From IMG/VR virus record IMGVR_UViG_3300032524_000070: a stretch of 64,000 nt of DNA; one strand, 5' to 3'. Each line of letters begins with the position of its first letter. The stretch's first letter is position 1. Made by a program: the position numbers and the translations under genes. The notes under the pieces were generated by a model. That model saw nothing but the letters and a program-made list of their open reading frames with translations, ran no database searches and was not told where the DNA came from. Below are positions 38,201 to 46,850 of the stretch, piece after piece. The stretch comes from a virus.

Positions 38201-40527
38201 CTCAGGGCGGCGTGAACGTCCACGACCGGCTCATCCTCCGCAACCGCATCCACCCCGGCGGCTTCTCCATGAGCGCCCTGGATGCGGTCGGTCAGTGCCA
38301 GCTCCTCGTGGGCGCGGGCTCCGGCAACGCCAAGGCGGGTCTGACGAACGCGGACTACGGCGAGGCGGCCCACGGTGCCACGGTCCACGGGGCCACGATG
38401 GTCGGTCGGGTCGGCTTCGCTGGTGGCACGAACACGGCGGGCGAGCCGCAGGTGACCTTCTACGACGGTACGGGGGCACAGCCCGCGAACAACGTCCTGG
38501 CCTTCACCCTCGACGGTGTGCCCTTCAGCGTGACGTTCACCTCGTCCGCCACGGGCACGGTGAACATCCTCGGCATCGCGGCGGTCGCGGGCAACCGGAT
38601 CATCCTCCAGATCCAGACGGCCATGGCTGCTCTGCCGGGCGCTCCGTTCGGCAATCTGGCAACCATCCAGGGCGCGAACATCATCCGCCCCGAGGGTGCG
38701 GGCATCCGCATCACCAGCACGGAGATGCACGAGAGCGGCGTCATCGTCATGGGTGGCGGCTCGGCCAACTCGGTACTCGGCTTCACCGAGGGCATGGTCG
38801 CGGCCCGGCAGCTCGTCACGGCGGGGATGCTGGCGTCGGCCCTGAACTCGCACCGGGAGAACAACATCCCGGACTTCCTGCACGACTTCTCGGCCATCAA
38901 CAGCGCGGCTGCTGAGTTCGCTGCACAGGCCATCGCCAAGGTGGTCGAGGACACGGCTTCACGGAAGTTCCTGCACATCGCCTCGGCGGGTCCGGCCACC
39001 AGCGACTACGGCACCGGCTCCACCATCGCCCTGCTGGCGGCCACGACTCGTTCCTGGCTGTTCGTGGGCACGGGCATCGACGAGCTGAGCAACGCCGGTT
39101 CGGCGGGCGAGGCGGCCCTCAACGGATTCTTCGTCACGTCCTCGGACGGGGTGAACGGGTCGGGTTCGACTGACACCTCGGTCCTCAACGCGGGCACCGG
39201 ACAGGATGGGACCATCGGCCAGACGTACCGCGACGCGGTGACGGGCCTGACGTTCACCATCCTGCCTCGCGGCTGGCACGACAACCCGGCGGGTCCGTGG
39301 AACGCCTACCCGGCGGCGGCGACGTTCCGGTTCGCGGTCAGCTCGACGGTCACGACCGACGCGAACATCCCGGTTCGGTCCATCCCCGGTCTGGAGATGA
39401 AGGTCGCCAACACGGCCGGTGTGGGTGCGGGTGACACGGCCATCGTGCAGACGTTCCCGCGAGGGGGCGAAGAGCCCGCCATCGGGGACATCTACTACGC
39501 GAGCTACGTCTACCAGAAGCAGGATTTCACCACGGCATTCTTCACGAAGATGTCGTCCATCATCGCGGCCTACGGTGCCATCCACCCGGAGAACCCGGTG
39601 TCGCTGGCGGCCTACCTGGCGATGATCAACGGGGCCGTCCTCGTCGGCGTGAAGCAGGTGCCCCGTGCGACCGGGACCAACTTCGCCAGCATCACGACCT
39701 ACGTGGCGGCGGTCACGGAGCTGGAAGGTGTCCTGCCCGGTCACATCGAGCCGGACCTGATCACTCCCCTGCTCGGGACCTCGACGCAGCTCTTCCAGTT
39801 GCTCGCCCGCAGCAACGACATCCAGAGCAGCATCCGCTACCGCAGCGAGCGCACCAGCGTCATCGGGATGGCGGCGGGCTCGACCGAGGCGCAGGCGAAG
39901 ACCCTGGCTGGTGTCCTGTCCAACGACCGGATGCGGGTGGTCTACCCGGACATGGCCCTCATCGACATCGAGGAGGACGACGGGACCAGCAAGGAGCACC
40001 TCATCGACGGCCCGATGCTGGCCGCGATGCTGACCGGCTCCGTGGTCAGCCCGAACTACGACGTGGCCTCCCCCTGGACGCGACGGAAGCTCATCGGGCC
40101 GAGCCAGCTCGGTCGGACGCTCGACGCCGTGCAGCAGAACCAGCTCGCCCAGGCGGGCATCACGGTGCTGGACGACAAGCCCCCCTTCATCCGGGTGCGT
40201 CACGGTCTGACGACCGACATGACCAGCATCCTGACGAAGACGCCGACCGTCCGGCTCATCGCCGACCACGTGCAGCAGCAGAGCCGGTCCACGCTGGACC
40301 AGTTCATCGGGCTGAAGTTCCTGCCCGGCATCCTCTCGCAGGTCGAGGGGCGGCTGGCCAAGATGTTCCAGACGCTCGTGAAGCAGCAGATCATCGCCAT
40401 CTACACCGGCCTCAAGGCTCAGGTGGATGCCGAGGACCCGACGACGGCCAACGTCGAGGCGTACTACCAGCCGGTCTTCCCGCTGCTCTACATCGTCCTG
40501 ACGTTCCATTTGAGGGCCTCCCTCTAG
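35218..40527 (+). CDS. Contractile tail sheath protein (1769 aa)
   Basis: N-terminal YAPPNVYTRT; C-terminal RVRHGLTT...YQPVFPLLYIVLTF sheath signature. Confidence 0.88.
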   Translation: MAFPGLNYAPPNVYTRTEYENPLQGAIESLKIPIFIGEGNEYLSQVDLECVRGSSATIDQRIVGEDMTGRAVVSVSATGVVTRGAFNGVLNRVQVQNLPVVDGSGRGTTSNSRSDVTVTLNGLPVVVTALDGAAGILTLAQSPALGDLLRVSYYFNREDTLVTDDLSEQVTTLAALIEASVGIKDVNAPTPGTTTIDLHADVLGPSGQVIVPANNVLNLVVDGTTVALTLTPKTDYTMQQISNVISAAGFGTLTGATFVNNHGESTLSLNADHDLTVLEGTANALLGLVTGSVSIRRKTFYTFNGPIVDGTNGGVTTTDPSHVVVKVDGVQVIPTTVDGATRAITLAQAPEAGSTVTATYWFNTWQDTYDHLAHVNVTSVERVGDVPGGSQYTQEADFILQNDRVMWGTAASVVSGITTTGSELLDDTQVTPTLVDNRTFMSLCTPVTSAQGTVSTSDFQLPLSPTLGNGRSTSLGQSLFQSISNNRIGVPVNRPDVVDVYWGFSVEDALVRGQVEAIKVEGSVITLPVNVPVGASVFASFYHNMIVDMEYTLAVVLPGISGVGTYTIADSAGSSVFTPTFDNSTKSAGLTGIEIVFPSGSELTPDLHFEGGAGTGFTGPIEEVVTVTLAATQDTPAKFTVSGPSPYVFVPGESDLIAMTINGDLVLPVAGTDMDVLSGGGLGVMAHFVGNEVVYPDGIDFDAADFVNGNEQVILTLDAVEVTATVEAAANVTVDGWVAAINEAADGHQGVAGAGAPATTTFELAAGSRSAVDNYYAGWRVVVGSGAFAITAGSIGTVASYVGATGIITLTAAIAGAAIFTVGDPYRIYNPDTMAEVKGATRFNGPIDLSGGAGFDTLTLRFNCLATGGAVNISAGVAALHASVTALATALNTAFRGASGSDILVTPAVGSPIALAIVGDVLLSGLDFIFTADGEGRLTVVVQLPGLSAAGFLEFVAQGAAVDDLGILAGFDVGTAGSGQMKLNIGEVAKSYRLTQGGVNVHDRLILRNRIHPGGFSMSALDAVGQCQLLVGAGSGNAKAGLTNADYGEAAHGATVHGATMVGRVGFAGGTNTAGEPQVTFYDGTGAQPANNVLAFTLDGVPFSVTFTSSATGTVNILGIAAVAGNRIILQIQTAMAALPGAPFGNLATIQGANIIRPEGAGIRITSTEMHESGVIVMGGGSANSVLGFTEGMVAARQLVTAGMLASALNSHRENNIPDFLHDFSAINSAAAEFAAQAIAKVVEDTASRKFLHIASAGPATSDYGTGSTIALLAATTRSWLFVGTGIDELSNAGSAGEAALNGFFVTSSDGVNGSGSTDTSVLNAGTGQDGTIGQTYRDAVTGLTFTILPRGWHDNPAGPWNAYPAAATFRFAVSSTVTTDANIPVRSIPGLEMKVANTAGVGAGDTAIVQTFPRGGEEPAIGDIYYASYVYQKQDFTTAFFTKMSSIIAAYGAIHPENPVSLAAYLAMINGAVLVGVKQVPRATGTNFASITTYVAAVTELEGVLPGHIEPDLITPLLGTSTQLFQLLARSNDIQSSIRYRSERTSVIGMAAGSTEAQAKTLAGVLSNDRMRVVYPDMALIDIEEDDGTSKEHLIDGPMLAAMLTGSVVSPNYDVASPWTRRKLIGPSQLGRTLDAVQQNQLAQAGITVLDDKPPFIRVRHGLTTDMTSILTKTPTVRLIADHVQQQSRSTLDQFIGLKFLPGILSQVEGRLAKMFQTLVKQQIIAIYTGLKAQVDAEDPTTANVEAYYQPVFPLLYIVLTFHLRASL

Positions 40528-40581
40528 TTCAATGATTTCAACCACTTAGGTCCCTTCATCGGGCCGGGTGGTTGATAGTCG

Positions 40582-40610
40582 TTGACTAAGTATCGGGCAG
40601 TCCGTATCTT
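40582..40610 (+). promoter_or_regulatory. Sigma70-type promoter giving leaderless mRNA
   Basis: TTGACT-17-TATCTT, then 7 nt to ATG 40618. Confidence 0.65.
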
Positions 40611-40617
40611 CCGGGGT

Positions 40618-41958
40618 ATGGACTGCCCGATCTGCCCCACGACTGTCGTTGACGCCCGAGGGCTCGCGACCCACTTCCGCCATCAGGATGCGACCCACCC
40701 CGTCTACAAGACGTGGCAGGAGGAGCAGCGGTGGGCCGGGAAGGTCGAGGGGGAGGACTACATCGTCTGCCTGGAGTGCGGGCATCGAGCGGGGACGCTG
40801 GCCCGGCATCTGAAGGCGGTTCACGGGATCACGGCTGACCAGTACCGGGTGAAGCACGGGGACGTGCTCATCCGGGCCACCAGCGTCACGGAGAGGCGTC
40901 GGGAGGCCATCCAGAGTGCGCGGACTACCTCGACTGCTTACGACGGCTTCAAGAGCGTCGTGTGCCCTTCCTGCGGGGAGGGGCACGAGGTCCACAAACT
41001 GTCTGGCGTGGTGCCTTGCCCTGAGTGCAAGGAGCGAGCGGTGGCAGCCCACTGGGAGGGGAAGTCGGAGCCGGACGACTTCGTCGTCTGCCTGGAGTGT
41101 GGGTACCGGGCTGAGAACCTGACGAGCCACATCCAGAACGCTCATCCTGGGTACCGGGAGAGGCATCCCGATGCCTACATGGTGGCGTTGGGGTCTGCCG
41201 TCAGGGACAAGTCCGCGTTGAAGGGCCGCAGGCGGTCACCCGAGTTCAAGCAGGCCATCCGGGAGGCGAAGACCATCGGGCTGACCCAGGGGGACTTCGA
41301 GCCCTACCTGGAGGCTGACGGCACGGTGGACCATCGACGTGCGATGGAGGGCTTGATGGTCGCGTGGCCGACGCTCAAGCGGTACATGGACGACCTGGGG
41401 TTGAGCCCCACCGACAAGTACATCCGGCAGCGACAGGCCGAGCGGGTGGTGACCCTCACGGTGGAGGGTCTGGAGGCATTCAAGCTGAAGAACGGGAAGG
41501 TGAGCGTGGGCCAGGCCGCGAGGGACATGGGCTACTGCTTCAGGACGGTCAAACGGGAGTGCGACCGTCTTGGGCTGCCGACGTTCCATCGCCGAATCCG
41601 TCAGACGCTCTGCCTGGACGCCGTGTCAGAAGCCCTCGGTGGTCTGGACTACGCCGAGGAGTGGAAGTCCTGGCGGTTCACGAACCCTCCCACGGGTCAT
41701 CGGTTCCGGTTCGACGGCTACTTCCCGGACGTGGGGTTGGTTGTCGAGTTCCAGGGGCACCAGCACTACACGTTCCCGAACGCCTTCATGGTGGACGAGT
41801 CATACCGGGGGGAGTGGGAGGCCATGGTGGAGCGGGACCGGATCAAGCGGGAGCTGATCGAGGCGGCTCCCGATCTGCTCTACCTGGAGATCCGGGAGGA
41901 CGAGCCGTTCACGGACGAGATGTACCTACGGGGTCGTCTCGCTGGGCTGGGTCAGTAG
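40618..41958 (+). mobile_element. Free-standing endonuclease (multiple Zn fingers + Vsr/DUF559-like domain)
   Basis: CLECG..L..H repeats; RFDGYFP...VEFQGHQHY...RDRIKR. Confidence 0.75.
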
Positions 41959-42254
41959 CCCGAATCGTCATCGTCTGCGTAGCCGGTGCCACATTCCTGA
42001 ACACACTCATTCGACAGGTAGACCTGGTCGAAGTACCTGGTGCATGAGCCCCTGGAGACGCAGCGCAGGAGGCAGTCGTTGACTCGTGCCTCGTCCTGGT
42101 TGAGACCGTCCGACACGTCCTCACAGACTGCCGTTGCGCTGGCGACGGTCCAGCCATCCCCCAGGTCTTCACATTCGTCAGCCTTCTCGTAGAACTGGCG
42201 ACAGGGGGTACAGCCCGCGAGGAGGGCCAGGGCGAGCAGAAGAACACGGTTCAT
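41952..42254 (-). CDS. Cys-rich lipoprotein
   Basis: MNRVLLLALALLAGC lipobox; ends ADDDDSGY. Confidence 0.7.
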   Translation of the reverse strand: MNRVLLLALALLAGCTPCRQFYEKADECEDLGDGWTVASATAVCEDVSDGLNQDEARVNDCLLRCVSRGSCTRYFDQVYLSNECVQECGTGYADDDDSGY

Positions 42255-42277
42255 GTGGCTCCGGTGTGATCGAGCGG

Positions 42278-42976
42278 TTAGCGGGGAGGGCTTCTGTAGT
42301 GGCCTCGGACGTAGGTGCCATCGGCTCTGTAGTAGCCCTGCACCTGGACGGTCTTGGCTGCTCCGGTGTAGCCACTGGTGTCTCCGTAGCATGAACCGTT
42401 TTCAGCACAGCCAGGGGCGTAGGACACCGTCCTTGTCGAGCTTGATGACGGGTATGTGTACCTCGGTGTCGGCTCGATCCTGGGCAGGTTCGTGTAGATG
42501 TCTGTCGCCTTGTAAACGGGCGAGGGTGCTGCGGGGGCAGGGTCGAAGTAGTTGGAGCAGATCCTCTCGGAGAGGTGGCCCTTGTCACACAGGGCTACCA
42601 GCGTCCGTTCGGAATCGGTGAGGTTTGCAGCGGCGACTGGTGTCGCTGCCATGGGAACCACAGTCGCCTGTCGCACCTGAGCCGTTCGGCCTAGCCAGGA
42701 GGGGCACTGGACCTGACCAATCTGCTCATTGCTCTGGAAGTAGCAGGCGGACCCGGACTTGAAGATCCGCCCTTTCAGGCCTGTGCTCAGGTGCAGAGCA
42801 CAGAGGCTTCCAGCAGCAGTGAACACCACATCGTTCGGGTGCTCTGCACAGGTGAAGTACGCTGAGCACGAACCGCTATCTGGGTAGGTGGCCACGGTGC
42901 AGGGGTCGGCTTGTGCCACACCCACGTTGAACATGAGTCCAAGCAGGAATGCGAGAAGGCTGAGTCGAGTCATCAT
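42278..42976 (-). CDS. Secreted Cys-rich protein
   Basis: Signal peptide ending AQA; C-terminal CAENGSCYGD...VQGYYRADGTYVRGHYRS. Confidence 0.7.
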   Translation of the reverse strand: MMTRLSLLAFLLGLMFNVGVAQADPCTVATYPDSGSCSAYFTCAEHPNDVVFTAAGSLCALHLSTGLKGRIFKSGSACYFQSNEQIGQVQCPSWLGRTAQVRQATVVPMAATPVAAANLTDSERTLVALCDKGHLSERICSNYFDPAPAAPSPVYKATDIYTNLPRIEPTPRYTYPSSSSTRTVSYAPGCAENGSCYGDTSGYTGAAKTVQVQGYYRADGTYVRGHYRSPPR

Positions 42977-42997
42977 GGTCTCCCGTCGTCTGACCCT

Positions 42998-43025
42998 ACT
43001 ACGGGCCACATCGACGTTCTGAGCC
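42998..43025 (-). promoter_or_regulatory. Promoter GGCTCAGA-N14-CGTAGT
   Basis: Exact consensus. Confidence 0.8.
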
Positions 43026-43039
43026 CCTTTCTGCACAGG

Positions 43040-43069
43040 TTGACACACCTGCTGGGGCTGCCTTACGCT
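43040..43069 (+). promoter_or_regulatory. Sigma70-type promoter
   Basis: TTGACA-18-TACGCT. Confidence 0.55.
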
Positions 43070-43226
43070 GTGTTCAGCGCGACTACGCTGAACCTCATGG
43101 GCTCTCCCGCCTGAGACCCTCCAGGGGCAAACCGGACTCAGTCCGAGGTCGATCAACCACGGTTGAACTCAGCACGGCTCATCGAAGAAGGCGGACTTCG
43201 CAGAGTGGTGCGTGGAGTTCCCGATC

Positions 43227-43922
43227 ATGAGCGACAACAAGAAGCTGAAGACCGCCACCCGCGAGCGCATGGCTCGCACGGGTGAGAAGTACACCACGGC
43301 CAGGATGCACCTGCTGGGTCAGCAGGGCGTGAGCCGCGAGGAGAGGATCAGGAGACTGGTCGCCCCCTCACCCACTGGGATCTTCACCGACCTGGCCACC
43401 TGGGTCATCTGCAAGGACGGGGAGGAGCCGGAGGGCTTCTTCCGTCTCCCGCACAGGGGCATCATGGGGCTGCGAGCCCTCGTAGAGCCGAAGCACTACA
43501 GCACCCTCGGCCCGAAGATGCGGAGCTACGGGGAGCCGCCCGCCGTCTACTTCGAGGGGCGGGTGGAGGCGTGGGTGGAGTGGGGTGCCGAGCAGGGGAT
43601 CGCTCTGCTCAACGTCACGGACATCGCAGGCGACAGGGATGCCATCGAAGAGTTCCTGGGCCGTCTCGGTGTGCCTGCTCCGGGTCAGGCCCCGGAGGGG
43701 CACCTGTTCCCTCGTGGGGATGTCTGTTGTCGGGCCAGGGGAGACGAGTGGGCTGAGTTGCCCGTCCCCCTGACCTCGGTGTCCAGCCGCAGCGTGATCC
43801 GAAGGCCCACCACCGGCTCCGCACTCGGTACCACCAGTCCGTACTCATCCGGCCCCGGAGAGGCCATGCCTCTCCCACGATGTCGAGTAGCTCGGCCCCA
43901 CGGAGCTTCCACATCCACGTGA
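43227..43922 (+). CDS. Hypothetical protein (RERMARTGEKYTTAR N-terminus); 3' end uncertain
   Basis: GGAG RBS; C-terminus overlaps an opposite-strand ORF. Confidence 0.5.
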   Translation: MSDNKKLKTATRERMARTGEKYTTARMHLLGQQGVSREERIRRLVAPSPTGIFTDLATWVICKDGEEPEGFFRLPHRGIMGLRALVEPKHYSTLGPKMRSYGEPPAVYFEGRVEAWVEWGAEQGIALLNVTDIAGDRDAIEEFLGRLGVPAPGQAPEGHLFPRGDVCCRARGDEWAELPVPLTSVSSRSVIRRPTTGSALGTTSPYSSGPGEAMPLPRCRVARPHGASTST

Positions 43923-44111
43923 TGACGGCTCCGTGGGCCATGGCTTCCGGCCAGACGGCCCGGATCGCTGCGTCGGCCTCAGCCCAGGATGAGGCGCGTA
44001 GCTTCGGCCCGGCGAGCCCCATGGGGTCACCTCCAAGCTGCCCTCGTCGGAGGATGACCGCGCGAGCCTGTAGGCCCGAGGCGGGGTCCGGGGATGAGCC
44101 TCTGACCTCGC

Positions 44112-44453
44112 CTAGCGGATGCTCACGGTCGTCTTGGTCTCGACGGTGAGCTTCGCAGCGACCTTCAGCACCGCGAAGACGGGCGGCTTGTGCCCGTAGG
44201 AGTGCTTCGGCACCTCCGATAGTTCGTCCACCTTCGCCTGGAGGATGGCCTTGTCGGTGGTGACCCAGTGCTCGAAGGTGTCGGTGGTGACGGTGTGGGC
44301 GGGGTAGCCGTGCCCAGGAGCGGTACGGCTCCGCTCGTCACCTTCAACGTAGGTTGAGTCGGTCTTGTAGACGTGGACTGCGAAGTGCGGTCCTTCGGGG
44401 ATGTCAGCGGGGGTCTTGACCCTGTTCATTTCGGTGCTCCTGTTCGTGTTCAC
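44112..44453 (-). CDS. Hypothetical protein
   Basis: Coupled ORF. Confidence 0.6.
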   Translation of the reverse strand: MNTNRSTEMNRVKTPADIPEGPHFAVHVYKTDSTYVEGDERSRTAPGHGYPAHTVTTDTFEHWVTTDKAILQAKVDELSEVPKHSYGHKPPVFAVLKVAAKLTVETKTTVSIR

Positions 44454-45385
44454 ACTCGGTCCAGGACCGACCCACCAGCGGCGGGCAGCAGGTCGAGGAC
44501 GCGCTCCTCTGCATCGCGGAGCCGTTCCGTCAGTTGCTTGATCTCAGCAGCCTGATTCTCGATCTGCCGCTCAAGCGCACCTTTGGTCTGACGCATATCT
44601 GTGTCGGCGGCGTTCTGCCTGTCCATCGCCTCATGCCACCGCTGCTCTGCGGCTTCGGTCGCCTTGTTGGCAGCCTTGACCTCCAGCTTCATCGAGTCGT
44701 AGTCCACCATTCCAGCCCGGTGCTTATTGGCCTGCTTGCCAGCGAGCTTCACGTCGATACGGGCCTTCCCCTTGGGGAAGTAGTGGCCCCACACCCCATG
44801 GCTGGAGATGATCTTGGCGACATCGGAAGAGCAGAGGGTCAGCCGGGTCTTCTGACCCTCCGATCTCCATTCGTTGTACCAGACCTCAGTGTCAGGCCCC
44901 AGGTAGCTCAAGTTGGGGAACAGGAAGCGAAGCTCCGGCGGCTTGAATACTCCTTCCAGCTTGACGGGCTCCGTCATGTAGGGCCGAACCGAGCAGGAGT
45001 CGCTGTCCCCACACCACCAGTGCCCGCCGTTGTCCTGACGCACACTGGTCAGACTGCCCGGCGAGAGGTGTCCATCAACCGAGTCCTTCGTGCGTCGGGA
45101 GTTCTGCGGGAGTCCGATCTTCGGCAGGTCGAACATCCGGGGGGGCGGCGGCGTGAACTCTCGGGCCTCCCGGAAGTGCTGCTTCTGGGCAGCCGTGAGC
45201 CACAGCTCCTCGACATCGCCCGTGTGGCAGTTGAACAGGGGGTAGCTGACGTAGACATTCAGATCCGCCGACGTGATGTACGTCACCCCTTCCAGGGTGA
45301 CCCGCGACACCACCTTGGCGTAGTGGTGCGTCACTGCAAACATCGAGTCGCCTTGGAATAAGAATGCGCGGGTCTCCTTGTCCAT
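44450..45385 (-). CDS. Hypothetical protein with C-terminal coiled coil
   Basis: ATG 6 nt downstream of promoter (leaderless). Confidence 0.65.
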   Translation of the reverse strand: MDKETRAFLFQGDSMFAVTHHYAKVVSRVTLEGVTYITSADLNVYVSYPLFNCHTGDVEELWLTAAQKQHFREAREFTPPPPRMFDLPKIGLPQNSRRTKDSVDGHLSPGSLTSVRQDNGGHWWCGDSDSCSVRPYMTEPVKLEGVFKPPELRFLFPNLSYLGPDTEVWYNEWRSEGQKTRLTLCSSDVAKIISSHGVWGHYFPKGKARIDVKLAGKQANKHRAGMVDYDSMKLEVKAANKATEAAEQRWHEAMDRQNAADTDMRQTKGALERQIENQAAEIKQLTERLRDAEERVLDLLPAAGGSVLDRV

Positions 45386-45391
45386 GGGGCT

Positions 45392-45419
45392 ACTACGCTC
45401 CTGGTCGATGGTCTGAGCC
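45392..45419 (-). promoter_or_regulatory. Promoter GGCTCAGA-N14-CGTAGT
   Basis: Exact consensus. Confidence 0.8.
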
Positions 45420-45668
45420 CTACACGTTGAGGGCTTCCAGAGCCCTCCTGACGAGCTTCCAGACGGGGTAGCTGAGCCGTGGGTAGTCGAGTACCTCGGC
45501 GGTCTTAGAGACCGTCTTGGGGCTCCCCTTGCGCATCAGCCGGATGGCGTAGTCCCCCCGCTTCGCACCCTTGCCGGTCCAGCTCGTGTTGTGGATGAGC
45601 ATCCGACCGATCTCTTTCGCCTTGCTCTCCCGGCCACCGGGCCACATCTCGATCTTGATGACGAGCAT
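45420..45668 (-). CDS. Hypothetical protein
   Basis: MLVIKIEMWPGG; TGATG coupling. Confidence 0.6.
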   Translation of the reverse strand: MLVIKIEMWPGGRESKAKEIGRMLIHNTSWTGKGAKRGDYAIRLMRKGSPKTVSKTAEVLDYPRLSYPVWKLVRRALEALNV

Positions 45669-46351
45669 CAGCCAGCCGGTCCCTCGATGAGCCACGACTT
45701 CGCTGCGTCCTGCCAGCCGGGGCGGTTGTCATCCAGCCACTTCCGGGCCTCTGCCTCTGCCGCGCACTGCACGTCGCGGTTCGCCCTGTCCATCCCTTGC
45801 CGGACCTCGACGGGCATGTCGTCGGGGAACGTCAGGTAGTAGACGGAGTAGTGCTCGTAGTGGTTGATGTCGTCGCGGGAGTGCGGATAGGCCACCGGGA
45901 AGGACTTGATGGCCCCACCCCTGTCGAGCACCTGGACAATGCCGTGCTCCGGCCCGGTCTCCAGCAGCCTCACCTTGTAGCGAGGGATGACGGAGCCGCT
46001 GACCGGCTCCCACCCGTGGATGTGCCACCGCATCCGCTGATGCCCATCAGCATCGAACAGGCCATTGTGCCCGCCGCCGCCGTGACCTTTCGCCACCCAC
46101 CCTTCGGGGAGCCGCACCTTGAGGGTGCTCTCTGACCCGATCAGCTTGAGGATCTTGCCTTCCCCGATGATCTCGATGCCCCAGGCTTCGATGGCCTCAC
46201 GGAAACCACGACAGTCCCGGCCTTCCGGGATGGACCCTTCGGCCTCCTTGCGGGACATGGCGACGGCTGTGTCCAGCCCTCCCTGGCAGTCACCACCCAT
46301 CGAGATGCCGATGGCTGCGAGGAAGAACGGGTTGTCGGTCTGTCCTGCCAT
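45668..46351 (-). CDS. Hypothetical protein
   Basis: AAGGA RBS; promoter upstream. Confidence 0.65.
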   Translation of the reverse strand: MAGQTDNPFFLAAIGISMGGDCQGGLDTAVAMSRKEAEGSIPEGRDCRGFREAIEAWGIEIIGEGKILKLIGSESTLKVRLPEGWVAKGHGGGGHNGLFDADGHQRMRWHIHGWEPVSGSVIPRYKVRLLETGPEHGIVQVLDRGGAIKSFPVAYPHSRDDINHYEHYSVYYLTFPDDMPVEVRQGMDRANRDVQCAAEAEARKWLDDNRPGWQDAAKSWLIEGPAG

Positions 46352-46372
46352 AGTGGTTGTTCCTTCCTCGCA

Positions 46373-46400
46373 ACTACGCCTGGCCCCCGTCGTCTGAGCC
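46373..46400 (-). promoter_or_regulatory. Promoter GGCTCAGA-N14-CGTAGT
   Basis: Exact consensus. Confidence 0.8.
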
Positions 46401-46448
46401 CGGTTTCTAGTTGATAGTCGGGGGGAGGTAGAACCCTGGAGGCTTCCG

Positions 46449-46850
46449 ATGACGACCCCCCTCAATGATGACCGCGAGGTGCCCGAGCGCATTGCTCGCG
46501 TGATCGACCGTCTGGCTGATGCCTACATCAGGATCACTCGTCAGGCGGCGGCCGTCATCGTCGGCGACATCTTCGAGGCGACCTGGGGCCACGAGCAGAC
46601 CAACGTGGACTTCTATCAGGTGACGGCCACCACGCCGAAGATGGTGAAGATCCGCAAGATCAAGTCGAAGGTCAGCCGCAAGGGCGGGGACATGGACTAC
46701 TGGGTCATGCCGGTCGCCAACACCTTCGACGGGCCGGAGCTACGCAAGAAGCTCGACGAGTACCGGGGCACCCCGTTGGTGAAGATCACCAGCTACGCCC
46801 TCGCCTACAAGTGGAACGGCAAGGAGAAGCACGTCACCACCTACGGCTAG
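46449..46850 (+). CDS. Hypothetical phage protein (WGHEQTNVDFYQV)
   Basis: GGAGG RBS; late-type motif upstream. Confidence 0.65.
   Translation: MTTPLNDDREVPERIARVIDRLADAYIRITRQAAAVIVGDIFEATWGHEQTNVDFYQVTATTPKMVKIRKIKSKVSRKGGDMDYWVMPVANTFDGPELRKKLDEYRGTPLVKITSYALAYKWNGKEKHVTTYG

Noticed and set aside
34939-38883. Long antisense ORFs (e.g. 1314 aa here, also 15261..17735, 4145..6058, 58007..60352)
   Set aside because: Shadow frames of high-GC3 sense genes; no recognisable motifs or RBS
43615-44022. Reverse-strand ORF overlapping 43227..43922
   Set aside because: 300-nt antisense overlap; cannot decide which C-terminus is real
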